Source: Oscillospiraceae bacterium
Lineage (GTDB): Bacteria; Actinomycetota; Coriobacteriia; Coriobacteriales; Eggerthellaceae
Length of the DNA stretch: 64,000 nucleotides
Direction: 5' to 3'
Assembly (NCBI GenBank): GCA_963635145.1
Contig: CAVHFE010000003.1
Span: forward strand, 23,357 to 87,356
Positions 46,116-55,889 of the stretch are shown in pieces (within the stretch, counting starts at the first letter, position 1; each line of letters begins with the position of its first letter). The notes below the pieces were generated by a model, which was not told the origin of the DNA, did not search any database, and saw only the letters and a program-made list of their open reading frames with translations. The position numbers and the translations under genes were made by a program.

Positions 46116-48554
46116 ATGCTAGTTTCTTTGAAGTGGCTCAGCGATTACGTTGAGCTTCCAACCGATATCAAGGCCATGTGCGACAAGTTCGACCTCACCG
46201 GCACCGGCGTCGAGGGCGTTGAGCGCACGGGCGACAACCTGGCGGGCGTCGTCGTGGGCCACGTGGTGGCTTGCGAGCCCCATCCCGATTCCGATCACAT
46301 GCATGTGACCATGGTCGACGTGGGGGCAGACGAGCCTTTGCAGATCGTGTGCGGCGCGCCCAACATGAAATTGGGCATCAAGACCCCCGTTGCCACCATC
46401 GGCACCGTCATGCCCGAAGGCTTCAAGATCAAGAAGTCCAAGCTGCGCGGCGTTGCCTCCTGTGGCATGTGCTGTTCCAAGCGCGAGCTGGGCATGGGCG
46501 CCGATCACGAGGGCATTTGGATTTTGCCTGACGATGCGCCCATCGGCACGCCCATCGCCGATTATTTGAAGCTCTCCGACACCATTTTGGATTTGGAGAT
46601 CACCCCCAATCGCCCCGACTGTCTTTCCATGGCGGGCATGGCGCGTGAGGTCGGTGCGATGTATCGCATCCCCGTCAAGTACCCCGAGCGCGAGCTTGTG
46701 ATTGACGAATCGCTTCCTTCGGTCGAGGACCTGGCCACCGTCACGGTGGAGGACGCCGAGCGCTGCCCCCGCTACACGGCGCGCGTGATTAAGAACGTCA
46801 AGGTCGGTCCTTCGCCTGAGTGGCTCGCCGAGCGCGTGCAGGCGGCGGGTGCTCGCTCCATCAACAACATCGTCGACGTGACCAACTACATTTTGTTCCT
46901 GCTGGGTCAGCCCCTGCATGCCTTCGACTACGATAAGCTCGTCGACGGCACGGGCAAGGCCAACGTGGTCGTTCGCGCCGCCGCCGACGGCGAGAAGCTG
47001 GTGACCCTGGATGAGGAGGAGCGCGAGCTCAGCTCCGACATGACGGTCATCGCCACGCCCGAGAAGGCCGTCGCGCTTGCGGGCGTCATGGGTGGCCTTG
47101 AGTCCGAGGTGACGGAAGGCACTACCACCATCCTTCTTGAGTCGGCCACCTTCGAGTGCGGCCGCACCAGCCGCACCAGCCGCAACCTGGGCCTGATCAG
47201 CGAATCCTCGCTGCGCTACGAGCGCGGCGTCGACGACAACAGCTGTGCCGATTTTTCCGCCTACGCGGCCGCTCTGATGGCCGAGGTCTCCGGCGGCTCG
47301 GTGTGCCCCGGTATCATCGACGTGTACGGCAAGAAGTCCGAGCCCATCGAGCTTGAGCTTCGCGTCAAGCGCTGCCAGGGCATGCTCGGCGCTCCCATTC
47401 CTGCTGAGGAAATGCAGGATATCCTCGAGCGCCTGGGCTGCGAGGTTTCCGCCACTGCCGACGCCGACGTGCGGAAGGTTGTGGCCCCCACCTTCCGCCC
47501 CGACCTCGAGCGCGAGATCGACCTGTACGAGGAGGTTCTGCGCCTCTACGGCATGGACCGCATCCCTGCAACGCTTCCCGGCGGCCGCGGCCGCTTGGGC
47601 ACGCGCACCGAGGCCCAGGTCAAGATGGGCAAGATCAACGACACGCTGCGCGCCTGCGGCATGAACGAGACCATGACCTACTCGTTTGCCGACCCATCCG
47701 ACTTGGAGCGTTTGCGCATGCCCTCCGAGGGCCTGGGCATCCCTGTGGAGCTTCTGAACCCCATGACGACCGATCAGTCCATCATGCGCCAAACCATCAT
47801 CCCCGGCCTTTTGCGCTCGGTTGCCCATAACCAGGCACGTGGCGTGAAGGACATCCAGCTTTACGAAACCGGCACCGTGTTCTTCGGCGCCGAGGGCAAG
47901 CCCCAGCCTCGCGAGAAGCAGAAGCTCGCCGGCGTTCTGGCGGGCACCATGGGCAACGCCACCTGGAACCACAAGCCTGCCGAGTTCAACTTCTTCGACG
48001 GCAAGGGCGTGGTGGAAAACCTCGTGCGCGAGCTGTGCATCCAGAAGGTTCGCTACAAGGCGCTTGATGCCGAGGACGCTCCCTTCCTGCAGCCCGGCCG
48101 CGCGGCTCAGGTGCTCGCGGGCGGCTCGATCCTTGGTTGGGTGGGCGAGATCCATCCTCTGGCCGTTCAGGCCTTCGACGCCGAGGCTCCCGTTGTGGCC
48201 TTCGAGCTCGACATCGACGCGCTGATCAAGGCAAGCCAGCTTTCGCGCCCCTACGTGGACGTTCCCGTGTACCCCGCGGTCACGATCGACCAGGCCTTCG
48301 TTGTTTCCGAGGACGTCACCGCCGAGCGCATGATGCAGGTCATCGGCTCGGCCGGCGGCAAACTGCTTGATTCCGTGAAGCTCTTCGACGTTTACCGCGA
48401 CCCGGTGCGCGTCGGACTGGGCAAGAAGTCCATGGCCTTTGCGCTCGAGTACCGCGCGGCCGACCGTACGCTTACCGCAGACGAAGTGGACAAGCAGCAC
48501 ACCAAGCTGCTCACCAAGGTGGCCAAGGCCACCGGTGCCGAAATCCGCGGCTAA
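46116..48554 (+). CDS. pheT: Phenylalanine--tRNA ligase beta subunit
   Basis: IVCGAPN, ITPNRPDCLS, VDVTNY, RYERGVD, PTFRPDL, LFDVY..KSMAFALEYR. Confidence 0.98.
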   Translation: MLVSLKWLSDYVELPTDIKAMCDKFDLTGTGVEGVERTGDNLAGVVVGHVVACEPHPDSDHMHVTMVDVGADEPLQIVCGAPNMKLGIKTPVATIGTVMPEGFKIKKSKLRGVASCGMCCSKRELGMGADHEGIWILPDDAPIGTPIADYLKLSDTILDLEITPNRPDCLSMAGMAREVGAMYRIPVKYPERELVIDESLPSVEDLATVTVEDAERCPRYTARVIKNVKVGPSPEWLAERVQAAGARSINNIVDVTNYILFLLGQPLHAFDYDKLVDGTGKANVVVRAAADGEKLVTLDEEERELSSDMTVIATPEKAVALAGVMGGLESEVTEGTTTILLESATFECGRTSRTSRNLGLISESSLRYERGVDDNSCADFSAYAAALMAEVSGGSVCPGIIDVYGKKSEPIELELRVKRCQGMLGAPIPAEEMQDILERLGCEVSATADADVRKVVAPTFRPDLEREIDLYEEVLRLYGMDRIPATLPGGRGRLGTRTEAQVKMGKINDTLRACGMNETMTYSFADPSDLERLRMPSEGLGIPVELLNPMTTDQSIMRQTIIPGLLRSVAHNQARGVKDIQLYETGTVFFGAEGKPQPREKQKLAGVLAGTMGNATWNHKPAEFNFFDGKGVVENLVRELCIQKVRYKALDAEDAPFLQPGRAAQVLAGGSILGWVGEIHPLAVQAFDAEAPVVAFELDIDALIKASQLSRPYVDVPVYPAVTIDQAFVVSEDVTAERMMQVIGSAGGKLLDSVKLFDVYRDPVRVGLGKKSMAFALEYRAADRTLTADEVDKQHTKLLTKVAKATGAEIRG

Positions 48555-48619
48555 TCATCCGTTAACTTGCGCGCATCGGGCACCCGCTCGGTGCGCGCTT
48601 TTTTGAAGAAAGGTCCTCT

Positions 48620-50047
48620 ATGTCTAAAGCTTCCGAGACTCAGCCGCGTGAGCGCTTCAGCTCGCGTATGGGCTTTCTGCTGATCAGCGCCGGTTGTGCG
48701 GTTGGCCTGGGCAATGTTTGGCGTTTCCCCTACATCACGGGCGAGTACGGCGGTGCCGCTTTCATCGTTATGTACCTGGTGTTTTTGGCTTTGTTCGCGC
48801 TGCCCATCTTGGTGATGGAGTTCACCATCGGCCGTGCTTCCCAAAAGGGCGCCGGCCGCGCCTTCGAGGTCTTGGAGCCCAAAGGCAGCAAGTGGCATCG
48901 GCTGAAGTGGCTCAACTTCGCGGGCACCTACATCTTGATGATGTTCTACACGACCGTCGCCGGTTGGATGCTCGCCTTCACGGTGAAGAGCGCCCAGGGC
49001 CTCTTCGTGGGCATGAGCGCCGAAGAGGTGGGCACCGTGTTCACCGACATGTTGGCCAACCCCGGCGAGCAGCTGGTTTACATGGCGCTCGTCGTCATCA
49101 TCGGCCTGGCCTGCACGAGCGCCGGCTTGAAAAACGGCGTCGAGCGCATCTCCAAGGCGATGATGAGCTGCCTGTTCATCATCATCCTCATTTTGGCCGT
49201 GCGCGCCGTCACGCTTCCGGGCGCAAGCGCCGGTTTGGCTTTCTATCTGATTCCCGATTTTTCGGCACTTGTGGGCAACGGCATCGGCGACTTGTGGGAG
49301 GCCGTGTATGCGGCCATGGGTCAGGCCTTCTTCACCTTGAGCATCGGCATCGGCGCCATGATGATCTTCGGCTCCTATATCGATAAGGATCGAAGCCTGC
49401 CCGGCGAGACCTTGCGCGTGTGCCTGATCGACACCTTCGTCGCCATCATGGCCGGCCTTATCATCTTCCCCGCTTGCTTCGCCTTCGGCGTCGAGCCCGG
49501 CAGCGGCCCCTCTTTGGTGTTCATCACCCTGCCCTCGGTTTTCGAGATGATGCCTTTCGGTCAGTTGTGGTGCACCTTGTTCTTCCTGTTCATGACCTTT
49601 GCCGCGCTTTCCACGGTCATCGCGGTGTTCGAGGCGATCATGGCCTTCACCATGGACAGCTGGGGATGGAAGCGCCGCCGCGCGGTCGCCGTCAACGGCG
49701 TGGCCCTTTTCGTGCTGAGCCTGCCTTGCTTGCTGGGCTTTAATGTGTGGTCCGGTGTCGTCGTGCCCGGCATCGGCGACATCCAGACCTTCGAGGATTT
49801 CGTCGTCTCCAACAACCTGCTTCCCATCGGCGGCCTGTGCTACCTCTTGTTCTGCACCCGCAAGAAGGGTTGGGGCTTCGATAAGTTTTTGGCCGAGGCG
49901 GATGCCGGTGAGGGCCTGAAGTTCCCCGGCGGTCGCGTGGCGCGCGTTTACATGTCCTACGTGCTGCCCCTTTTGATTGTGGTCGTTTTGATCATGGGTT
50001 GGCTGCCCGTTCTGAAAGCCTGGTTTGGGCCTTTGCTGGGGCTCTAG
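48620..50047 (+). CDS. Sodium-dependent transporter, NSS/SNF family (probably amino acid)
   Basis: AGCAVGLGNVWRFPY...GGAAF, GQAFFTLS, GPSLVFITLP..F. Confidence 0.92.
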   Translation: MSKASETQPRERFSSRMGFLLISAGCAVGLGNVWRFPYITGEYGGAAFIVMYLVFLALFALPILVMEFTIGRASQKGAGRAFEVLEPKGSKWHRLKWLNFAGTYILMMFYTTVAGWMLAFTVKSAQGLFVGMSAEEVGTVFTDMLANPGEQLVYMALVVIIGLACTSAGLKNGVERISKAMMSCLFIIILILAVRAVTLPGASAGLAFYLIPDFSALVGNGIGDLWEAVYAAMGQAFFTLSIGIGAMMIFGSYIDKDRSLPGETLRVCLIDTFVAIMAGLIIFPACFAFGVEPGSGPSLVFITLPSVFEMMPFGQLWCTLFFLFMTFAALSTVIAVFEAIMAFTMDSWGWKRRRAVAVNGVALFVLSLPCLLGFNVWSGVVVPGIGDIQTFEDFVVSNNLLPIGGLCYLLFCTRKKGWGFDKFLAEADAGEGLKFPGGRVARVYMSYVLPLLIVVVLIMGWLPVLKAWFGPLLGL

Positions 50048-50146
50048 GGCTTGCTGTTGCGGGCTTCGGCGACTGCGCGCCTTCAGCCGAGCTGATGCTC
50101 GTGGGTGCGCCTAGCTCGGATGCTCCCGCTGCATGAATAATCCTTG

Positions 50147-50185
50147 AGGCGGCGGTTGCCCTTATGGGTGGCCGCCGCTTTTTTG
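50147..50185 (+). terminator. Intrinsic terminator after the NSS transporter
   Basis: GCGGCGGTTGCCC-TTAT-GGGTGGCCGCCGC-TTTTTT. Confidence 0.7.
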
Positions 50186-50342
50186 TTTCGGCTGCCTGCC
50201 CTGTGGTTGCCGTTTTTTATGGGGGATAGGCGTCGTCTTCGGCCGTGCTCCTCGTGGCTGCAGCGCCGCCACCTCTTGTGTGAGCGCCGTTGCCTCGACA
50301 AAGCCTCCCGCGCTGCGCGGGCATATCCGCCGCTCGCGCCGC

Positions 50343-50396
50343 GTAACATTCCTGAAACATTAGATACACGGTGCCGAAACAATGGTTTCATACTAT
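50343..50396 (+). promoter_or_regulatory. GlnR-like 11-bp-period direct-repeat box followed by a -10 element
   Basis: GTAAC-n6-GAAAC-n6-TACAC-n6-GAAAC (50343-50380), then TACTAT at 50391-50396. Confidence 0.6.
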
Positions 50397-50468
50397 GTAA
50401 TATCCAAATTTGGGGTAGTGGCTTTACTGCAGGCAAGCCGGCCCCTAGGTAGATGAAAGAGGTACGAA

Positions 50469-51665
50469 ATGACCCTTCTTCGTGAGGGTGACGTCCGGAT
50501 TCCTGCCGGATGCGCCATTTCGGGCATCATGGATCGCAGCGGGGCCAGGCACGATGGCACCGATGTGCTGAAGTCGATTTCTTTGATGCATGACCGCGGT
50601 AACGGCTTGGGCGGCGGCTTTGCGGCCTATGGCATTTACCCCGATTACAAAGACCTGTTCGCGTTCCATATGCTGTATGAAACCAAGGACGCCCGCCTTA
50701 TGGCCGAGGCCTACTTGGACGAGTGGTTCCTAATCGAGAAGCAGGAGAAGATCCCCACCGATTACGTGCGAACCATTCAAAACCCGCCGCATATCTGGCG
50801 CTACTTCATGGTGCCGCACCCCATCAAGCTTGCTGAAAGCGAGCTTGACGAGGCCGAGTACACCATGCAGCGCGTCTTCTACATCAACTCTCATATCGAC
50901 GGAGCCTTCGTTGCCAGCTCCGGCAAGAACATGGGTGCCTTCAAGGGCGTCGGCTACCCCGAGGAAATTGGCGAGTTCTACCGCATTCAGGATTACAAGG
51001 CGTGGTTGTGGACGGCGCACAACCGCTTCCCAACCAACACTCCCGGTTGGTGGGGCGGCGCCCACCCCTTCACGTTGCTCAACTGGTCGATCGTGCACAA
51101 CGGCGAGATTTCGTCCTACGACGCTAACCGCCGCTACGTCGAGCAGTTCGGCTACAACTGCGATCTGCAAACCGACACCGAGGTCATCACCTACCTGTTC
51201 GACCTCCTTATCCGCCGCCACGGCCTTTCCGCCGAAACTGCGGCGCACATCATGACGGCTCCCTCCTGGGAAGATATCGATCGCATGGAGCCCGGTCTGG
51301 CCGCTTACGAAAGCGCCCTGCGCACGGTGTACTCCAGCGCGCTCATCAACGGACCCTTCTCCGTCATCCTTGGATCCGAGGAAGGCCTGCTTGCGCTTAA
51401 CGACCGCCTGAAGCTGCGCGCTTTGATGGTGGCCGAAAAGGGCGACATGGTGTACTTGGCTTCCGAGCAGGCGGCGATCGAGATCATCTGCCCCGACGCC
51501 GAGAACATGCGCTCCGTCGAGGGCGGCGTGCCCTTCGTCGTTCAGCTGAACGAGGTAGCCGAGCGCAAGCGCGAGGAAGCCGGCGTCAACACGCCCGTTG
51601 TTGAAGTCCCCGGCGCCGGCATCACCGAAGTCGGCGCAACCCGTACCTATCAAAGGGGTGTTTAG
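50469..51665 (+). CDS. Class II glutamine amidotransferase domain protein (split glutamate synthase, GltB1-like)
   Basis: G-CAISG near N-terminus, MHDRGNGLGGGF, AHNRFPTNTPGWWGGAHPF, HNGEISSY, TDTEV, DRLKLR. Confidence 0.88.
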   Translation: MTLLREGDVRIPAGCAISGIMDRSGARHDGTDVLKSISLMHDRGNGLGGGFAAYGIYPDYKDLFAFHMLYETKDARLMAEAYLDEWFLIEKQEKIPTDYVRTIQNPPHIWRYFMVPHPIKLAESELDEAEYTMQRVFYINSHIDGAFVASSGKNMGAFKGVGYPEEIGEFYRIQDYKAWLWTAHNRFPTNTPGWWGGAHPFTLLNWSIVHNGEISSYDANRRYVEQFGYNCDLQTDTEVITYLFDLLIRRHGLSAETAAHIMTAPSWEDIDRMEPGLAAYESALRTVYSSALINGPFSVILGSEEGLLALNDRLKLRALMVAEKGDMVYLASEQAAIEIICPDAENMRSVEGGVPFVVQLNEVAERKREEAGVNTPVVEVPGAGITEVGATRTYQRGV

Positions 51666-51668
51666 CCG

Positions 51669-53174
51669 ATGTTGGACTACGTTTTGCCCCGTTACAAAGT
51701 CGTTCGTGACGAGGAGCTGTGCATTCAGTGCGGCGTGTGCGAACGCCAGTGCTCGAATGAAGTGCACGAGGTCGATACCGAGCTTGGCAAATGCTTCGAG
51801 AACCACAAGGCCTGCGTCAACTGCCAGCGCTGCGTGATCATGTGCCCCACGGGTGCGCTCTCGATCGCCGATTGGCCGCAGGTCGACAACGGTACCAATA
51901 ACTGGAACTTGGAAGCTCAGCAGGAGATTGCCAAACAGTCGCAAACCGGTTCGGTGCGTCTGGGCTCCATGGGCAACCCCAAGCCGTACCCCATCTACTT
52001 CGACCAGCTCCTTCTTAACGCCTCCCAGGTAACCAATCCCTCCATCGACCCGCTGCGCGAGCCCATGGAAACGCGCGTGTTCCTGGGCAGCCGCCCAACC
52101 GTCATCAAGGTCAACGAGAAAACCAAGACGGTCGAGACCAAGATGCCCCCGCAACTGAAGCTCGACGTGCCCGTGATGTTCTCGGCCATGTCCTTCGGCT
52201 CCATCTCGCTCAACGCCCAGAAGTCGCTTGCCATCGCCGCGCGCGAGCTGGGCACCTACTTCAATACGGGCGAGGGCGGTTTGCATCGCGACCTTGAGCA
52301 ATTCGGCGAGAACTGCATCACCCAGGTGGCTTCCGGTCGCTTCGGCGTCGACCCGCACTACCTCAACGCCGGCTCCTGCATCGAGATCAAAATCGGCCAG
52401 GGCGCCAAGCCCGGCATCGGCGGCCACCTGCCCGGCGCCAAGATCAACGCCGAGGTTTCGCGCACCCGCATGATTCCCGAGGGGACGGACGCCATCAGCC
52501 CCGCCCCTCATCACGACATCTACTCCATCGAGGACCTGCGCCAGCTCATCTTCTCGCTTAAGGAAGCCACGCGCTACAGCAAGCCCATCGCGGTGAAGAT
52601 CGCGGCGGTGCACAACGTCGCCGCCATCGCCTCCGGCTGCGCGCGCGCCGGTGCCGACATCATCGTCGTCGACGGCTTCCGCGGCGGCACGGGTGCGGCC
52701 CCCATTCGCACGCGCGACAATGTGGGCATCCCGCTTGAGCTTGCGCTGGCCGCCATCGACCAGCGTCTGCGCGACGAAGGCATCCGCTCGACGGTGTCGG
52801 TCGTTGCGGCGGGCTCCATCCGCCACGCTGCCGATGTTGTGAAGGCAATCGCTCTGGGCGCCGACGCCACCTACGTCGCGTCCGCGGCCATTATCGCCTT
52901 CGGCTGCCACCAGTGCCAGGCCTGCTCTTCGGGCAAGTGCAACTGGGGCATCGCAACGCAGCGCCCCGACCTTACCAAGCGCCTCAACCCTGAAATCGGC
53001 GCCGAGCGCGTGATCAACCTGATCACGGCTTGGAACCACGAGATTCAGGAAATCATGGGCGGCATGGGAATCAACTCCATCGATTCGCTTCGCGGCAACA
53101 GGCTCATGCTCCGCGGCATCGGATTGCGCGAAAAGGAGCTTGAGATCCTCGGCGTGCAGCATGCAGGAGAGTGA
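51669..53174 (+). CDS. Glutamate synthase FMN-binding subunit with N-terminal 2[4Fe-4S] domain (GltB2-like)
   Basis: CIQCGVC, CVNCQRC..CP; AMSFGS, NTGEGG, QVASGRFGV, IEIKIGQGAKPGIGGHLPG, SPAPHHDIYSIEDL, CHQCQAC...C. Confidence 0.93.
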   Translation: MLDYVLPRYKVVRDEELCIQCGVCERQCSNEVHEVDTELGKCFENHKACVNCQRCVIMCPTGALSIADWPQVDNGTNNWNLEAQQEIAKQSQTGSVRLGSMGNPKPYPIYFDQLLLNASQVTNPSIDPLREPMETRVFLGSRPTVIKVNEKTKTVETKMPPQLKLDVPVMFSAMSFGSISLNAQKSLAIAARELGTYFNTGEGGLHRDLEQFGENCITQVASGRFGVDPHYLNAGSCIEIKIGQGAKPGIGGHLPGAKINAEVSRTRMIPEGTDAISPAPHHDIYSIEDLRQLIFSLKEATRYSKPIAVKIAAVHNVAAIASGCARAGADIIVVDGFRGGTGAAPIRTRDNVGIPLELALAAIDQRLRDEGIRSTVSVVAAGSIRHAADVVKAIALGADATYVASAAIIAFGCHQCQACSSGKCNWGIATQRPDLTKRLNPEIGAERVINLITAWNHEIQEIMGGMGINSIDSLRGNRLMLRGIGLREKELEILGVQHAGE

Positions 53175-53179
53175 TAACG

Positions 53180-53623
53180 ATGAAGAGGATTTACCCCATT
53201 CCCGAGCTGTGCATCAACTGCGGCCGCTGCGAGGTGGCCTGCAAAACGGCTCATTCCAAATCGAAGAACCCCGTCAAGGCCTTCAAGTACGAGAAGTGCG
53301 CGGGCCCTCGCATCAAGGTCGAGGGCGATAACGACTTCTCCTTCGCATCGAACTGCCGCCAGTGCGCCAAGCCCTTGTGCGTCGAGGGCTGCATCGCGGG
53401 TGCCATGCAGCGCGACTCCGAAACCGGCGTGGTGTTCGTCGACGCGAAGAAGTGCGTCGGTTGCGGCACCTGCGTGGTGAGCTGCCCCTTCGGTGCGGTT
53501 CATATCGAGGGCATCGCCATCAAGTGCGATCTGTGCGGCGGCTGTGCCGGCCAGCCGGGCAATCCCAGCTGCGTTGCGGCCTGCCCCAATCGCGCCTTGG
53601 TTTACGTTGAGAGCGAGGCATAG
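53180..53623 (+). CDS. Multi-[4Fe-4S] ferredoxin-like protein (HydN/CooF-like)
   Basis: CINCGRCEVAC, CRQC..P.C..GC, CVGCGTCVVSCPFG, KCDLC..P.CVAACP. Confidence 0.9.
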   Translation: MKRIYPIPELCINCGRCEVACKTAHSKSKNPVKAFKYEKCAGPRIKVEGDNDFSFASNCRQCAKPLCVEGCIAGAMQRDSETGVVFVDAKKCVGCGTCVVSCPFGAVHIEGIAIKCDLCGGCAGQPGNPSCVAACPNRALVYVESEA

Positions 53624-53625
53624 TC

Positions 53626-54357
53626 ATGACCGCAAGCAAAACCTCCCTCACGCTGGGAACCGAGCATTTCCGCCCCGCCAACGAGCGCGTGAACGCCGCG
53701 CTTGAGGTCTCCGACATCGTCGAGCTCAACGAGGTGTTCGCGCAGCGCTACCTGGGCAGTGCCCTTCCCAAGGGTAAGACCTTGCTCGTCAACGGAACCC
53801 CCGGCAACGACATGGCCTGCTACATGGACGGTGGCACGATCGAGGTCTTCGGCAACGCCCAGGACCAGATCGGCAACACCATGAACGACGGCAAGATCAT
53901 CGTGCACGGCCGCTGCGGCGATGCTGCCGGCTACGCGATGCGCGGCGGCGCCATCTTCGTCCGCGACGATTGCGGCTGGCGCGTCGGCATCCATATGAAG
54001 CAGTACGAAAGCAAATGCCCCTGCGTCGTCATCGGCGGCAACGCGGGCAACTTTTTGGGTGAGTACCTGGCCGGCGGCGTGATCCTTCTTATGGGCACGG
54101 CCGGCGAGTACCTGGCAACGGGCATGCACGGCGGCGTCGTCTACTTGAAGAACAAGCTTAAGGATCACCAGGTTCTTCCCGGCCTTATGCAAAAGGAGGC
54201 CGGCCCTGAAGACAAGGCGGTCATCCATGCGCTTTTGGCGGAGTACAACAAGCACTTCGCCGAGGAGCTGGGCGCTCCCGTCGACGATTCCGGCGACGGC
54301 TTCTGGTGCCTGCGTCCCATTTCGGCCAAGCCCTACGCGGCGATGTACACGAACTAG
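53626..54357 (+). CDS. GXGXG-repeat glutamate synthase domain protein (GltB3-like)
   Basis: GTPGND, GNAQDQIGNTMNDG, GDAAGYAMRGG, GNFLGEYLAGG, ATGMHGG. Confidence 0.88.
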   Translation: MTASKTSLTLGTEHFRPANERVNAALEVSDIVELNEVFAQRYLGSALPKGKTLLVNGTPGNDMACYMDGGTIEVFGNAQDQIGNTMNDGKIIVHGRCGDAAGYAMRGGAIFVRDDCGWRVGIHMKQYESKCPCVVIGGNAGNFLGEYLAGGVILLMGTAGEYLATGMHGGVVYLKNKLKDHQVLPGLMQKEAGPEDKAVIHALLAEYNKHFAEELGAPVDDSGDGFWCLRPISAKPYAAMYTN

Positions 54358-54367
54358 GAGGTCGTAA

Positions 54368-55738
54368 ATGAAATCTTACGATTACGTCATCCTTGGAAAT
54401 TCTGCTGCGGGCATCTCGGCCGCCGAGGCCATCCGCGACGCCGGCGATACGGGCAGCATCCTGATGCTCTCGCCCGAGCCCTATGCGGCCTACGGCACGC
54501 CTTTAATCTCCTACGTGCTTGAAGGCAAGATCGCCGAGGAGAACATGTGGCTGCGCCCCGCGTCCTTTTACGCGGACAACAACATCGACACCTTGTTTGG
54601 GCCTGAGTTCGGTGCCATGGCAATTGACGCCGAGGCTCACGAAGTCGAGCTGGTGAACGAGGAGAAGATCGGCTACGGCAAGCTTCTGGTTGCCACGGGC
54701 TCGACCCCGAGCCAGGTGGACATCCCCGGCCTTGCCGGCGCGAAGAACGCCGTCAACTTCATCACGCTCGACCAGGCGAAGCAGGCGGGTTCCATGGTTG
54801 ACGCAGCCACGGCGGCCGCGCACGCCGAGGGCCGCAAGAGCCGTGTCATGGTTCTTGGCGGCGGCTTGATCGGTATGAAAGCGGCCGAGGCGCTCTCCTT
54901 CCATGCCGACGAGGTTGTGGTGTACAAGCGCAGTTTTCCCATCTTGGACGGCGTCCTTGATCTTGAGGCCGGCGCGCTGCTCACCAGGCTAGTGGCGCCG
55001 CGGATCGTTTGCCGCCCCGGCGCGACGGCTGAGCGCTTCGACGTCGTTGACGGCTCTATCACGCACGCTTACATGACGGACGGGACCGAGCTTGACGTCG
55101 ACTTCGTCATCGTTGCCATTGGCGTGCGCCCCAACAGCTTCATCGCCGTTGCAGCCGGTGCCGAGGAAGGACGTGGCCTGGTGGTCGATCGTCAGATGAA
55201 GACGAGCTTGCCCGACGTATACGCCGCAGGCGACGTCACGCAAACCACTAACTCGCTCGATGGCACCGAGAAGCCCCTGGCTTTGTGGCCCAATGCCGTT
55301 CGTCAGGGCAGGATTGCCGGCGCGCAGATGGCGGGTAGTGCGGCCGAGGGCGTGTTCCCCGGCAACTTCGCCGTTAACGCCACCAACTTCTTCGGCGAGG
55401 TCTCGCTTCTTACGGCCGGCATCGTGCGCCCCAAGGCGGATCTTGGTTTCGAGGAGCGTGTGATCGCTGAGGGCAACAGCTACCGCAAGTTCGTGATCAA
55501 GGACGATCGCCTGTACGGCTTCATCCTGATGAACTGCCCCGAGGCTGCCGGTATCTACACTTTTATCATCGACAAGAAGATTCCGCTGTCCTCGCTTGAC
55601 GAGGCGCTGTTCGACGGCGAGCCCGGCAACCTTTCGTTTGCCAATCCCGATCTGCAATGGTTCAGGATGCATGTGGGTTATCCCCACGAGCTCGACCGCA
55701 AGGGCAGGGGAGAGTCCTACCCTTGGCACAACGAGTAG
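54368..55738 (+). CDS. NAD(P)H/FAD-dependent oxidoreductase (pyridine nucleotide-disulfide family)
   Basis: ILGNSAAG, LLVATGS, GGGLIG, AIGVRPN, TSLPDVYAAGD. Confidence 0.88.
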   Translation: MKSYDYVILGNSAAGISAAEAIRDAGDTGSILMLSPEPYAAYGTPLISYVLEGKIAEENMWLRPASFYADNNIDTLFGPEFGAMAIDAEAHEVELVNEEKIGYGKLLVATGSTPSQVDIPGLAGAKNAVNFITLDQAKQAGSMVDAATAAAHAEGRKSRVMVLGGGLIGMKAAEALSFHADEVVVYKRSFPILDGVLDLEAGALLTRLVAPRIVCRPGATAERFDVVDGSITHAYMTDGTELDVDFVIVAIGVRPNSFIAVAAGAEEGRGLVVDRQMKTSLPDVYAAGDVTQTTNSLDGTEKPLALWPNAVRQGRIAGAQMAGSAAEGVFPGNFAVNATNFFGEVSLLTAGIVRPKADLGFEERVIAEGNSYRKFVIKDDRLYGFILMNCPEAAGIYTFIIDKKIPLSSLDEALFDGEPGNLSFANPDLQWFRMHVGYPHELDRKGRGESYPWHNE

Positions 55739-55821
55739 CCTCGGTTCGGCTGCCGTTCGTTTGCGAAAGCCGGCGGCCATGCAAGCTGCTTTTCGAGACA
55801 GGGAGCGATAGACCCAAATGT

Positions 55822-55857
55822 AAAGCCTGCAGAGAAATTCTCTGCAGGCTTTTTTGT
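55822..55857. terminator. Bidirectional terminator between the glutamate synthase cluster and the ECF operon
   Basis: AAAGCCTGCAGAGAA-A-TTCTCTGCAGGCTTTTTT. Confidence 0.8.
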
Positions 55858-55889
55858 GTCGTAATGATTGGTGGATGGCGGGCTTTCAG

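Noticed and set aside
46119..48500. 793-aa minus-strand ORF
   Set aside because: Antisense shadow of pheT
50730..53162. 810-aa minus-strand ORF
   Set aside because: Antisense shadow of the glutamate synthase genes
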